Origin: Promethearchaeia archaeon
GTDB taxonomy: Archaea; Asgardarchaeota; Lokiarchaeia; Sigyniarchaeales; SOKP01
Direction: 5' to 3'
Assembly (NCBI GenBank): GCA_029856145.1
Contig: JAHQWK010000019.1
Span: 86,516-150,515 of the forward strand
DNA: 64,000 bases
Below are positions 52,525 to 62,152 of this stretch, in pieces (position 1 is the stretch's first letter; each line of letters begins with the position of its first letter). The position numbers were made by a program, and so were the translations under genes. Below the pieces are notes generated by a model. That model saw nothing but the letters and a program-made list of their open reading frames with translations. It was not told the DNA's origin and ran no database searches.

Positions 52525-52970
52525 CTGTTGCTTTTAGGTTTAAATAACTTTTTAATTATTTTTTTTATATCTAAAATTTTTGCAAGATACAGACTTGTTA
52601 AGAACATGGTCAAATTTAGAAATAGTAATGTATTTATAACAAAAAAGATACCCCCAAAATGAGTAAACACTAAAGCTATAAATCCACCAAAGCTAAAAAA
52701 ACAAATATCCATTAAACAATTAATAAAACTATCTCTTCGTTGGGCAAACTTAATACCATAATGATGAAAAATTGAGTTTTCTATAGATTCCCAAATTATT
52801 GCAGAAAAAGAAGTATACATCAAACTAAAGATACCTAGAGGAACATTATACCAAGCTAATAATATTGCATTTAATACCAAAAAAATTAAAAATCCAATAA
52901 TCATATGACTAAAACTAAAAAAATCTATAGCAGAAATTCCGATATCTTCCTTACATTTTGCTATTATAAT
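52521..52970 (-). CDS. DUF2585-like membrane protein (probable ATT/ATA start)
   Basis: Upstream extension supplies D-FF-S-FS-H-MII-G; also WESIEN and DSFINCLMD; TGAGG upstream. Confidence 0.6.
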   Translation of the reverse strand: MIIAKCKEDIGISAIDFFSFSHMIIGFLIFLVLNAILLAWYNVPLGIFSLMYTSFSAIIWESIENSIFHHYGIKFAQRRDSFINCLMDICFFSFGGFIALVFTHFGGIFFVINTLLFLNLTMFLTSLYLAKILDIKKIIKKLFKPKSNS

Positions 52971-53042
52971 TATGATGCCTCACATTGCTGATTGATGAAA
53001 AAAATCTAAATTTATTTAATCAAAATTGGACTATAGAGAATT

Positions 53043-54191
53043 TTATAGTCTAAATTTCTCGTATTTCGAAGTGCAAGGATGGTCATCGGTAACCCAAAAC
53101 TCCCTTTTATTCGGAAGAACAATTATGGAACCTAAGGTTCCCGCTGCGGGGCCATGTGTACAGACAGTGAAATCATCTGGGTCCCTATTGTCATGATCAC
53201 TTAAAATCCTTTTCATTGTATCCATAGTAATTTGGCTTTTGTATTTTTCTAATAACTCAATTTCTCTCTCATAACGTCTTATTGGCGATTCAAGAGGATA
53301 AATATCCATATCATCCATTTTGAACCGTACATAATCAGGTAAATTTGCATCTTTAAGTTCTTCTGTCTGGTAATGGTTAGTGTGAGCTAAAATCCCATCT
53401 TCAGGTCGACGAATTGCATACCGAGTACTTGTAGTTTCAACTACACATGTATCTCCATAAGCGTCCATAAGCCCACAATGGAACCCATTTGAGCGACCAG
53501 TGAAAGTAGTAATAAAATCAATAACTTCTTGAGTTGTAGCACAAGTTTCTAAAGCTTCTTGTATGATGAAAGTGGCTGGAACACCTTTTAACCTAAAATC
53601 TAGAGGCTTTTTTTTCCAAGAACGGCCATAATTATACCCAATTGCTAATCCTTTTTCATTCAATCCCATATGACAACCTATTAGAGAATATTGTGTAAGG
53701 TTTAAATTTTTATAACCATTATCCGGTATTTCTTCACGAACTATTTGGAATGGTTGGAGAACATTGGGGAAATCATAATTCCGTCCAAATATCATCGAAT
53801 TATCCGAAGTAGCTCCTGGAAGTGCGAATATCATTGAACACTCTTGAACTGGAGGATTTTTATAAAGAGATTTTGGGTCTCCTGACATTACTTCTATAAA
53901 ATGACTTCCATAAATTAATCTTCCGTTTATTTCAGCTGCTTTGCTCAGAGCAATCATTTTATTATACTGGTTTGGAAGAAGTAATTGTAAAGATTTCTTA
54001 ATATTTTTTTTACCCATAATACCTAAAGCAAGCTTAATTATTGAAAGTGGAATTAATTTCGATGTGACTTCTGAAAACATTTTTGAGTGGAAGACAACAT
54101 CAAACATATTATGAATTTTATCTTTCAACTGTTCCCCTTGTTGGAAACCTCTCTCCGCAGGACTTCCCTCTATTCTTATAAAATCAACCAT
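53043..54191 (-). CDS. C45-family Ntn hydrolase / acyltransferase
   Basis: ERGFQQG, ECS nucleophile, GRNYD, GLNEKGL and HTNHY. Confidence 0.88.
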   Translation of the reverse strand: MVDFIRIEGSPAERGFQQGEQLKDKIHNMFDVVFHSKMFSEVTSKLIPLSIIKLALGIMGKKNIKKSLQLLLPNQYNKMIALSKAAEINGRLIYGSHFIEVMSGDPKSLYKNPPVQECSMIFALPGATSDNSMIFGRNYDFPNVLQPFQIVREEIPDNGYKNLNLTQYSLIGCHMGLNEKGLAIGYNYGRSWKKKPLDFRLKGVPATFIIQEALETCATTQEVIDFITTFTGRSNGFHCGLMDAYGDTCVVETTSTRYAIRRPEDGILAHTNHYQTEELKDANLPDYVRFKMDDMDIYPLESPIRRYEREIELLEKYKSQITMDTMKRILSDHDNRDPDDFTVCTHGPAAGTLGSIIVLPNKREFWVTDDHPCTSKYEKFRL

Positions 54192-54254
54192 ATTTAACCA
54201 TTATTTTTGTTATTTTAAATTTTTAATAAATTTCTAAAAAAATAAGAATTCAGA

Positions 54255-55658
54255 TTATAACTTCTTCTCTTGGATTCTCAATAATATAATTGCTATTACT
54301 ACTATAGATAATGCTACAACAATCTGAATGATACCAATATACGGAATATGTTCTGCGAAAATATCACCTAAAGCCAGTGAAATTACTAAAGTAGCTAATT
54401 CGAATAGGGCTAAGTAATTAAGTATCGCTAGAAATTTATTCTCTATTGCTGAAGATTTAGTATTGAGTGTATTTCTCTGTCTATTTAGAGTCTTTCTAAT
54501 CCTCGCAATAACATCATCAGTAGCTTTTGAGAAAGTAAATCCATCTAATTTATCGATTTGCTCATTAAACATGCTTGTCTTGAAGGTACTAGTAAACAAT
54601 AGTCTGGTGATTTTTGATATTATTATATCTTTATTTAATTCGAGAATAATTCTATTTAATTCTGTCTCCAATTCTTCAAGCCTATCAATTTTCTCCTTTA
54701 ATGTTAAATCTTCTTCCATTGCCCGAGTTTCTGAGATAACTCTATCAAATTTTTCAGCAACAACTAAAATATTTTCCATGTGCATTAATATAAGAAATCT
54801 TTGTACGTTTCCAACTTCAGGAGCAAATAAAGTGTCAATGAACAAATTTTTCATAGAATCAGGATCCAATAAACCTGGACCTGGGATTACTACATTTCCA
54901 GCATGAGTTATCATTACGAATTCATCTTTATAGGGACTTAGGTTTTTGAGATTAATTTGATCTCTATATGCTATTGGGTCCAATTCACGATATTTATCCG
55001 TTCTTAAAGTGAGACCAATCGAATAATGAGCATTTTTTCCTATTTCATTTCCAATAAAGCGATAATCAGCCCTATTAAAATCAGGTTTAGCATCCCATAT
55101 TATCCATGTATGATGCCAAGGTTCCAATACAGACTCCAATTTCGGCTTATCGGGAAAATCTCCTTTAGCAAGGAGATTGATTACATCGTCTCTTATTTCG
55201 ATGAATTTTTCAGTAATGGGTCTATTAATACTTCCAAGAATGATATTTGCTGGTTGTGAAATCTCTATAAAATCTTCGATAGTATGATAATTATCGAATA
55301 CTAATTCACAGTGAATCACAAGTACAGATCCATAGTGAATATGTCCCTCCAATCGAATCTTTCCTGTAATATTAGGATTAGAAGCGCAAGAAAATCTATC
55401 AGACTTTCCTATTTTAAAACATACTGGAGCATAGTTATGAGATTGACTTGAAATCCATTTCAACGGTTGGTGGCATTTTTGTCCTGTTATAGGATGGCTT
55501 AATTGGCAATGATATTTGTCGTATATTTTGTATGGACCTTCCTTTTGGAGGAATTCTCTCAGTTGAGTTTGCGTAAAGTATTCACCAACTTCGAAAAATT
55601 TCCAAAATACCAGAGTTACCTTAAATGTATATTCCTCTTCTGATGTCGAATATGTCAT
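54255..55658 (-). CDS. Membrane protein with large cytosolic domain, helical stalk and 2 C-terminal TMs (CorA/DUF155-like architecture)
   Basis: FFEVGE near the N-terminus, a long helical region and two terminal TM helices; no GMN motif. Confidence 0.5.
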   Translation of the reverse strand: MTYSTSEEEYTFKVTLVFWKFFEVGEYFTQTQLREFLQKEGPYKIYDKYHCQLSHPITGQKCHQPLKWISSQSHNYAPVCFKIGKSDRFSCASNPNITGKIRLEGHIHYGSVLVIHCELVFDNYHTIEDFIEISQPANIILGSINRPITEKFIEIRDDVINLLAKGDFPDKPKLESVLEPWHHTWIIWDAKPDFNRADYRFIGNEIGKNAHYSIGLTLRTDKYRELDPIAYRDQINLKNLSPYKDEFVMITHAGNVVIPGPGLLDPDSMKNLFIDTLFAPEVGNVQRFLILMHMENILVVAEKFDRVISETRAMEEDLTLKEKIDRLEELETELNRIILELNKDIIISKITRLLFTSTFKTSMFNEQIDKLDGFTFSKATDDVIARIRKTLNRQRNTLNTKSSAIENKFLAILNYLALFELATLVISLALGDIFAEHIPYIGIIQIVVALSIVVIAIILLRIQEKKL

Positions 55659-55788
55659 AAATGTCCCTTAAAAAGTTATATTATATACTAGTTTTTCAAA
55701 AATTTAAAATAATCTCATTTTATTTAAAACTAAAATCATTATTTCATTATAGAAAAACTTTGAACTAATTTTATCTATGGAGTAATAG

Positions 55789-56403
55789 ATGACCCAGAAA
55801 TTAACTATTAATGTTGTAAATGCTAGTTTGGAAGATGCATCTGGAATTCATAATGCACTAAAGCAAAATCTAGTAGAAATAAGAGATATTGATGAAATTA
55901 AAAAAAAAGAAAGAAAAGAATTAGAAGATAAGGGCTTTCTACGTAAAGAAGTAGGAATAGAATATTATGAAAACCTAATTAAAGATTTTGATACTCAAAT
56001 TTATATTGCCAAAGACAGTAGTGGAAATATCATTGGTTTTGCTAGCATTCATAGAAAAAAATATGATATAATAAAAGTACGGGATGTCATCGGTAATCTC
56101 TCTTTTGAAGATGATAGAACAAAAGAATTACTCCTTAATAAAGATACAGAATTCGCCTATTTAGACCAAATAAGCATATTGCCAGAGTTTAAACGTAAAG
56201 GAGTAGCTACTGCCATTTTTGAAAAAGCTTTAATAGAAGTAGATACCCCCATCGTTGCTTTTATTGTAGAAAAGCCTTTATTTAATAAAGCATCAATTTA
56301 TTGGCATGAGAACAATGGATTTGAATTCTCTGCAATAAGTGATGGTGAATACAAAGGAAAAACATTTAAATTCCAGATCTTTGTACATTGGAATAAAAAA
56401 TAA
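55789..56403 (+). CDS. GNAT-family acetyltransferase
   Basis: YLDQISILPEFKRKGVA and NKASIYWHENNGF. Confidence 0.88.
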   Translation: MTQKLTINVVNASLEDASGIHNALKQNLVEIRDIDEIKKKERKELEDKGFLRKEVGIEYYENLIKDFDTQIYIAKDSSGNIIGFASIHRKKYDIIKVRDVIGNLSFEDDRTKELLLNKDTEFAYLDQISILPEFKRKGVATAIFEKALIEVDTPIVAFIVEKPLFNKASIYWHENNGFEFSAISDGEYKGKTFKFQIFVHWNKK

Positions 56404-56447
56404 AAAATTATAAATACAAAGCAAAAAAATAACTCAAATCTGTTACT

Positions 56448-57143
56448 TTATTCTGTTTCCTCAATTTCAGGCCTTTCTTTAAGGGATTCAATAATATTTA
56501 TTATATCTTCAGCAAGTTCGTAGCGTTCATCTCGATGCTTCTCTCGATTTAATCTTTTTTCGATGCGTAAAGGTGATCCAATCTTTACTTTAATACCATC
56601 TCCTGTAAACATATTTAGAATCTTAGTCTTATGCGTAGAAATGGCAATTGGAATAATTGGAGCATCTCCAGCAATTGCAAATTTTATAATTGCTGCCATC
56701 GATTTCACCTGTACTTCATGATCATGTCTTGATTCGGGGGTCATGCCTACGAGATCGCCTTTTTCATTCAAAATCTCAAAAATCTTTTCGATTGGTTCGG
56801 TGTCTTCTTTGCTTTCAGTTCCCCGAATCATTCCAAGACTTTTTAAAACAGGACCAGCTATCTGATGTTTCATTAACTTTGGATCCAGCATGAAATGAAT
56901 CTTTCGACCTGATACTTGAGCTATTATTAACATATCTCGGATTATATTTGGTGTGATTGTAGTTAAAATAGCTTTTCCTCTCAAGGGAATATTTTCTTCC
57001 CCTTCAATTTTTAAATCCATAAAAGCCTTAAAAAATAAACCACTAAGTCCTTTTACCGCAGCATATAAGGCATCAAAAGCTATTATTTTTGGATTTAATT
57101 TATCTCCTTCTTCCTTTATTTCCGGACTTGTACTTTCACTCAT
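56448..57143 (-). CDS. PlsC-like lysophospholipid acyltransferase-fold protein lacking HxxxxD
   Basis: KIEGEENIP..G.AIL, IHFM, GMTPE (FPEG equivalent), APIIPIAI and VKIGSPL; the NH..xxD block is replaced by TITPNIIRD. Confidence 0.75.
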   Translation of the reverse strand: MSESTSPEIKEEGDKLNPKIIAFDALYAAVKGLSGLFFKAFMDLKIEGEENIPLRGKAILTTITPNIIRDMLIIAQVSGRKIHFMLDPKLMKHQIAGPVLKSLGMIRGTESKEDTEPIEKIFEILNEKGDLVGMTPESRHDHEVQVKSMAAIIKFAIAGDAPIIPIAISTHKTKILNMFTGDGIKVKIGSPLRIEKRLNREKHRDERYELAEDIINIIESLKERPEIEETE

Positions 57144-57160
57144 TTTTTTATTACCTCTTA

Positions 57161-57355
57161 TTATAATTTATCTATAAAATCATTAACTTCTTCCATTCTT
57201 TTTTCATAATATTCTTTTAAATCTTTTTCTGAAACAAATGAGGGGATAACTTTTTCTGTATAAAGGTCAAAAATTGTACTTAACTTAATTTTATGTCTAA
57301 CAGTTTCAAGGAACTCTTCTCCTAATTCCCTTAATTGTTTTAAAAATTCTGTCAT
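57161..57355 (-). CDS. 64-aa hypothetical protein in the activase operon
   Basis: ATG 57355 lies 4 nt after the activase stop; MTEFLKQLRELGEEFLETVRHK... Confidence 0.65.
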   Translation of the reverse strand: MTEFLKQLRELGEEFLETVRHKIKLSTIFDLYTEKVIPSFVSEKDLKEYYEKRMEEVNDFIDKL

Positions 57356-57359
57356 TTTA

Positions 57360-58382
57360 TTAGAAAACCTCCCATTTTCCGCATCTACTGCCCCAACGAG
57401 CAATAACCTTATTTTCATCCTGTGGCATTTTAACTTGAACAATAGTACAATTGTTAGGGCAATCCCCACAGAGGAATGCTGATGTTGTAAATTCGATGTC
57501 TCCAACATCTAATCCTCGAAATGACGTTTCTGTTGGATGTTCTAAGTAATAATCTCTAATTAAAATTGCCATCCCCAAAGCACCCATTAAAACATTATAT
57601 TTTGGAACAATAATTTTTCGCACTAAGTGTCTTTCAAAGGCCTCAATTATACCCTTATTATAAGATACTCCCCCTTGAAAAACTATAGGTTCGTCAAGTT
57701 CTTTGCCTTTTGTTAGATTGTTCATATAGTTACGTACTAAACTATCACAAAGCCCGGCGACAATATCTTCTCTAGAGTACCCAGCATTTTGCTTATGAAT
57801 CATATCAGATTCCGCAAACACGGTACATCTACCAGCAATGCTTACAGGATTAGTTGATTTTACAGCATAATCACCAAATTCTTCAATAGGTATTCCAAGT
57901 CTTGAAGCTTGATGGTCAAGAAAAGAACCTGTGCCTGCTGCGCAAACGGAGTTCATCGCAAAATCAACAATGATGCCATCTCGAAGGATTATTATTTTTG
58001 AATCTTGTCCTCCAATCTCTAAGATTGTCCTAACATCAGGATATAAAGATTGGGTTGCTACTGCGTGAGCTATAATTTCCGTTTTAGCGAGATCTCCACC
58101 TACAATAGCCTTTGTTAGATACCTTGCTGAGCCTGTTGTACCACAACTACGAATGGTATATCCTAACAATTCTTCATTTTGTTCAATTTTGGACTTTAAT
58201 TCCTCCATACCTGCTTTAGCAGATTCAATTGGAGATCCTCGGTTACGTAGAAAAACGCTTGTAAGTACTTTTCCATCAATATCCATTAGTACAAATTTGC
58301 ATGTAACCGAACCAATGTCAATTCCTAGGAAAGCATCCTGTTTTCCATCATTATTTATAATTTTATCTGAAACTTGGACCAT
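57360..58382 (-). CDS. ATP-dependent [4Fe-4S] activase (BadF/BadG/BcrA/BcrD, HgdC-like), copy 2
   Basis: GIDIGSV, EIGGQDSK, CAAGTGSFL, RCTVFAESD, FQGGV and C-terminal CGDCPNNC...RC. Confidence 0.92.
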   Translation of the reverse strand: MVQVSDKIINNDGKQDAFLGIDIGSVTCKFVLMDIDGKVLTSVFLRNRGSPIESAKAGMEELKSKIEQNEELLGYTIRSCGTTGSARYLTKAIVGGDLAKTEIIAHAVATQSLYPDVRTILEIGGQDSKIIILRDGIIVDFAMNSVCAAGTGSFLDHQASRLGIPIEEFGDYAVKSTNPVSIAGRCTVFAESDMIHKQNAGYSREDIVAGLCDSLVRNYMNNLTKGKELDEPIVFQGGVSYNKGIIEAFERHLVRKIIVPKYNVLMGALGMAILIRDYYLEHPTETSFRGLDVGDIEFTTSAFLCGDCPNNCTIVQVKMPQDENKVIARWGSRCGKWEVF

Positions 58383-58396
58383 GATATTCACTATTT

Positions 58397-59584
58397 CTAT
58401 GTGTGTAATAATTGAGTACATTCATTATAAAAATTATCTCCATAATGCGGATAAATCTTTTTATTATCATTTGCTTGAAATTTAGCATTTTTCATAATTT
58501 CTTGCTTCCGTCTATCAGTGATCAAATCTACAAATGCTTCGATCCGGGTTCTAAATCCACCTTCCGCATCTGCGTGCTCATCAAACGAAAAATAGATAAT
58601 CGGTAAATCATAAATTTTCTTTAATTTATTAGTTATGATCGTTCGGGCTGTTACTTCTGGCATGCAGGTAAATGGATACTCATGGACAAATCCATCGAAT
58701 CCCGCTTTTGCCTTATCTATGTATTCACCCAATACCCACACACATTCCCCTCCAATATCCATTGGAAGGTATGGATGGGATAAGTGTTCCAACCATTTTC
58801 GATGATAATTCAAATGAAATTTATGAACAACCCAGTCATATAAGCTTAAAGATTGGTGGATTTCTACTCCCATCTCACCCAGTTTACGCCTTATATCAAG
58901 GTTTACATATGGTTCCAAACTTATATGAATCTCTCCAGATAACCCTACTCGTAATGGACTTCGAGATTTATCAATGTCAAGATTATTGAAGTCTTCTTTT
59001 ATTACTTTTTTAAAATTTCTAAGCTCTGAGAGCGTATTAGCTTCGTCAAGTTTAAGTAGCATATCATTAAAAATCCTAGTTGTATCTCCTTGATTTCGCT
59101 CGTATGCTCGAAAAACACCCTCAGCTGTTTGAATATCGTTTAAGAGTTTAGCCTTTTTTAAGAAAAAGATAACTGCTTTTACAAATTTTGAATAAATGAA
59201 CAAATCTCTTCGACCACTTAAATCTTGGAGAGTTTTTACCCATTTAAATTCAAGTAAATCTGCTTGATCCAAAGGGATTACACTCACATTTTTGTATCCC
59301 ATATCGTGTAAGAGCCTTTCCTGAACTGCGTGATAAAACCCGAAACGACAAGGACCACAATCTATTGCCATTACGAGTGTGTCAGCTCCCTTCTTAATAG
59401 CGCTCACAAAATCTCCGAGAGTAGCTTTAAATGGGAAACAAACAAATTCTGGGCTATATTTTACTCCAATTTTAATAGCCTCACGATTTGTTGGATCAGG
59501 AACGACCACATCTAAATCAAGGCTTGTAAAGAGTGTTTTAAAAGCGACCCAATTGGGGCCCATATTAGGGAAGGAAATTAACAT
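58397..59584 (-). CDS. 2-hydroxyacyl-CoA dehydratase/reductase-like subunit, copy 2
   Basis: FPNMG, SPEFVCFPFK, GPCRFG, GEIH, DIGGE, PFTCMPE and TRIEAF. Confidence 0.85.
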   Translation of the reverse strand: MLISFPNMGPNWVAFKTLFTSLDLDVVVPDPTNREAIKIGVKYSPEFVCFPFKATLGDFVSAIKKGADTLVMAIDCGPCRFGFYHAVQERLLHDMGYKNVSVIPLDQADLLEFKWVKTLQDLSGRRDLFIYSKFVKAVIFFLKKAKLLNDIQTAEGVFRAYERNQGDTTRIFNDMLLKLDEANTLSELRNFKKVIKEDFNNLDIDKSRSPLRVGLSGEIHISLEPYVNLDIRRKLGEMGVEIHQSLSLYDWVVHKFHLNYHRKWLEHLSHPYLPMDIGGECVWVLGEYIDKAKAGFDGFVHEYPFTCMPEVTARTIITNKLKKIYDLPIIYFSFDEHADAEGGFRTRIEAFVDLITDRRKQEIMKNAKFQANDNKKIYPHYGDNFYNECTQLLHT

Positions 59585-59790
59585 TTTAATTCTAAGAAAT
59601 TTTACCTAGTTAAGTATTTGATCAAAACTATGAAATCAAATAACTCACTCTAAAATAAAAATTTACCGATTATAAACAGATTATCAATCGTATGATACTT
59701 TTAATAAAAATTTCAACAATATTTAATAATCTCCTCCAAAGAGATTTCACTAGATAACAGATCTAAGGTATGCCTTCTCATATTAACATC

Positions 59791-61127
59791 TCAAAGGTTA
59801 AAAAGAGATCCGATATCAAAAAACGAATTTCTTGAAAAAAACTCGAGTCCATTCTTAACGGCGAATCCTACATCTAATTTCTTTGATGGATTCAGCATTG
59901 TTAAAACCTTTGACATTGGTGTTTCAATACTAGACATAAAATATTCAAAATCGGATTTCGGCTTATTAAAATATATATTTTTTACTTCATCCGGGACCAC
60001 ATACTTGACATCTCTAAACAAGGGATTAGTTTTCTTGTTGCCAACCATTAAATCCTGAAATGCTTCGATTCTTGTTCTAAGTCCTTCAAAACCAGAACTT
60101 CCATCAAGACTAATATGAATGTGGGGCATATAAAACTTGTCCATGTTTTTCTCAGCTTCTAACATTCCCATGAAGGATATTTCGGGGAGGCAGGTAAACG
60201 GGAATACATGTACAAAACCATCAAAACCTTTTTCTTGCGATTCGAGATAACTTCCCATGTTCCATACTGCTTCTCCACCGATATCCATCGGTATATACTC
60301 TCTTGCGCTATGTTCAAGCCTTCTTCTTCGTTTGCTGGCGTCAAGTTTGTACATTACCCAATCAAAGACATCGTACTGTTTATGTACTTCTATTCCCATG
60401 ACACCTAATTCTCCCATTAGATCATAATTAACCCATTTCTCCAACATGACTTGGATCTCCCCAGTATAACATACCCTCAAAGGTTCCATTTCCTTGTCAA
60501 TAGGAATCTTGCGAAAATTTTCATCTATCGTTCTATCAAAATTAGATAATTTCATCAAATTATTTTCGTTATCAAGTAAATTCATCAAAGTATGAACTAC
60601 TTTGGTAGTCATTGCTTTGTTTTTTTCTCGACATCTAACAAGTCCTTCAATATGGCTTATTCTTTCAACATAGTATGCTTTGACCAAGAACAAGAGTGTG
60701 TTTCTTAAAACTTTATAGTCATCAATTTTTCTTCCTGTTCTTTTTTCTAAATCACGAAATACCCTTAGCCATTCAAGATTTCGAAAATCATCTTGACGCA
60801 GATAAAACATTCTAACATCCTTGAATCCCATGTTTTTCATGATTCTTTTCTGGACAACAGCATAGATTCCTGCTCGACAAGGGCCGTAGTCAGCAATCAT
60901 CGCAAAATCTTTAACATCATAATTACGATACAGGTTTATCATTTCACCAAGAATGACTTTAAATGGAAAACAAACGAATTCAGGAGAAACTTTGACTCCT
61001 TCACTAACGATTTCAGTGTTTACTAGAGGGGGTCAACAACTTCGATACCAGGAAGATCATGGAATAAACCTTTGAAAAAAATATAGCTCCAACCCATTCG
61101 TGAAAATGAAACTCTAACATTTACCAT
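59791..61127 (-). pseudogene. 2-hydroxyacyl-CoA dehydratase/reductase-like subunit, copy 1, split by a one-base frameshift
   Basis: ATG 61127 gives MVNVRVSFSRMGWSYIFFKGLFHDLPGIEVVDP, then stops at 61023-61025. One extra C in the C5 run (plus-strand G5, 61028-61032) joins it to PLVNTEIVSEGVKVSPEFVCFPFK and the 59791-60942 ORF, collinear with copy 2. Confidence 0.85.
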
Positions 61128-62152
61128 TTACCGCACCTACTATTCCATCGTGCAAATATCGCATCATCCTTTTCTCTTCCATTTACTCTACTTTTATCTT
61201 CTTGCCTGACAAGGTATTTAACTGTACATCTATTTGCACAATCAAGACAGCCAAATGAACCTTGAGCCAAGTTCATTTCACTAACTTTTAGGCCATGAAA
61301 AGAAGATATCTGTCCATTTACATGTTCCTTTGCCAAAACGGCTGAACCAAATGCTCCCATCACGTAAAAGTTTTCATGAATAATGACTTCATACCCCAAT
61401 TCTTCTTCAAAAGCATTTTTTATTCCGGAATTTGCTGCAACTCCTCCCTGGAATACGAAGGGAGGATACATTTTTTTACCCTTGCAAACATTATTCAAGT
61501 AGTTTCTAACAAGAGCTTTACACAATCCCTTGATAATTGATTCTTTAGAATATCCTTCTTGTTGTTTACTGATCATATCAGATTCGGCAAAAACTGTGCA
61601 TCGTCCTGCAATTGAAACCTCCTCTTCTGCCCGAAGAGCATAATCCCCAAATTCTTCAATTGGAACCTTGATCCGAATTGCTTGGTGATCTAGAAAAGAA
61701 CCAGTTCCGGCAGCACAAACACTGTTCATGTTAAAATCTGTTACGATGCCATTTTTCATCAATATAACTTTGCTGTCCTGTCCCCCGATTTCAAGAATTG
61801 TTCTCACGTCAGGGGTATAAGTTGAAGCTCCAATTGCATGAGCAATTATTTCAGGTTTTGCTATATCTGCACCGATAAGAGCTTTTATTAAATACCTAGC
61901 AGAACCTGTTGTCCCAACGCCACAAATACTTTTTTCTATGTTATCGGGAAGGACTTCTTCCATGTATTTTAGATTTTCTTGTGTAGAAACAATGGGAGAA
62001 CCGTCATTTCTGGTCCAGGTAGCAAATAATAATTCATTTCTCTCATTAATTATTGCCATTTTCGTGGAGACACTTCCGACATCGATTCCTAGATATAACT
62101 TGTCATCCACATGATCTGAAAGAATATTCTTGATAAATTCTGGTTCATTCAA
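61121..62152 (-). CDS. ATP-dependent [4Fe-4S] activase, copy 1
   Basis: GIDVGSVSTK, EIGGQDSK, CAAGTGSFL, RCTVFAESD, FQGGV and CLDCANRC...RCGKW. Confidence 0.92.
   Translation of the reverse strand: MNEPEFIKNILSDHVDDKLYLGIDVGSVSTKMAIINERNELLFATWTRNDGSPIVSTQENLKYMEEVLPDNIEKSICGVGTTGSARYLIKALIGADIAKPEIIAHAIGASTYTPDVRTILEIGGQDSKVILMKNGIVTDFNMNSVCAAGTGSFLDHQAIRIKVPIEEFGDYALRAEEEVSIAGRCTVFAESDMISKQQEGYSKESIIKGLCKALVRNYLNNVCKGKKMYPPFVFQGGVAANSGIKNAFEEELGYEVIIHENFYVMGAFGSAVLAKEHVNGQISSFHGLKVSEMNLAQGSFGCLDCANRCTVKYLVRQEDKSRVNGREKDDAIFARWNSRCGKW

Noticed and set aside
57356-57508. N-terminal part of the 115-aa ORF 57161-57508
   Set aside because: Overlaps activase 2 in another frame; the real gene most likely starts at ATG 57355.
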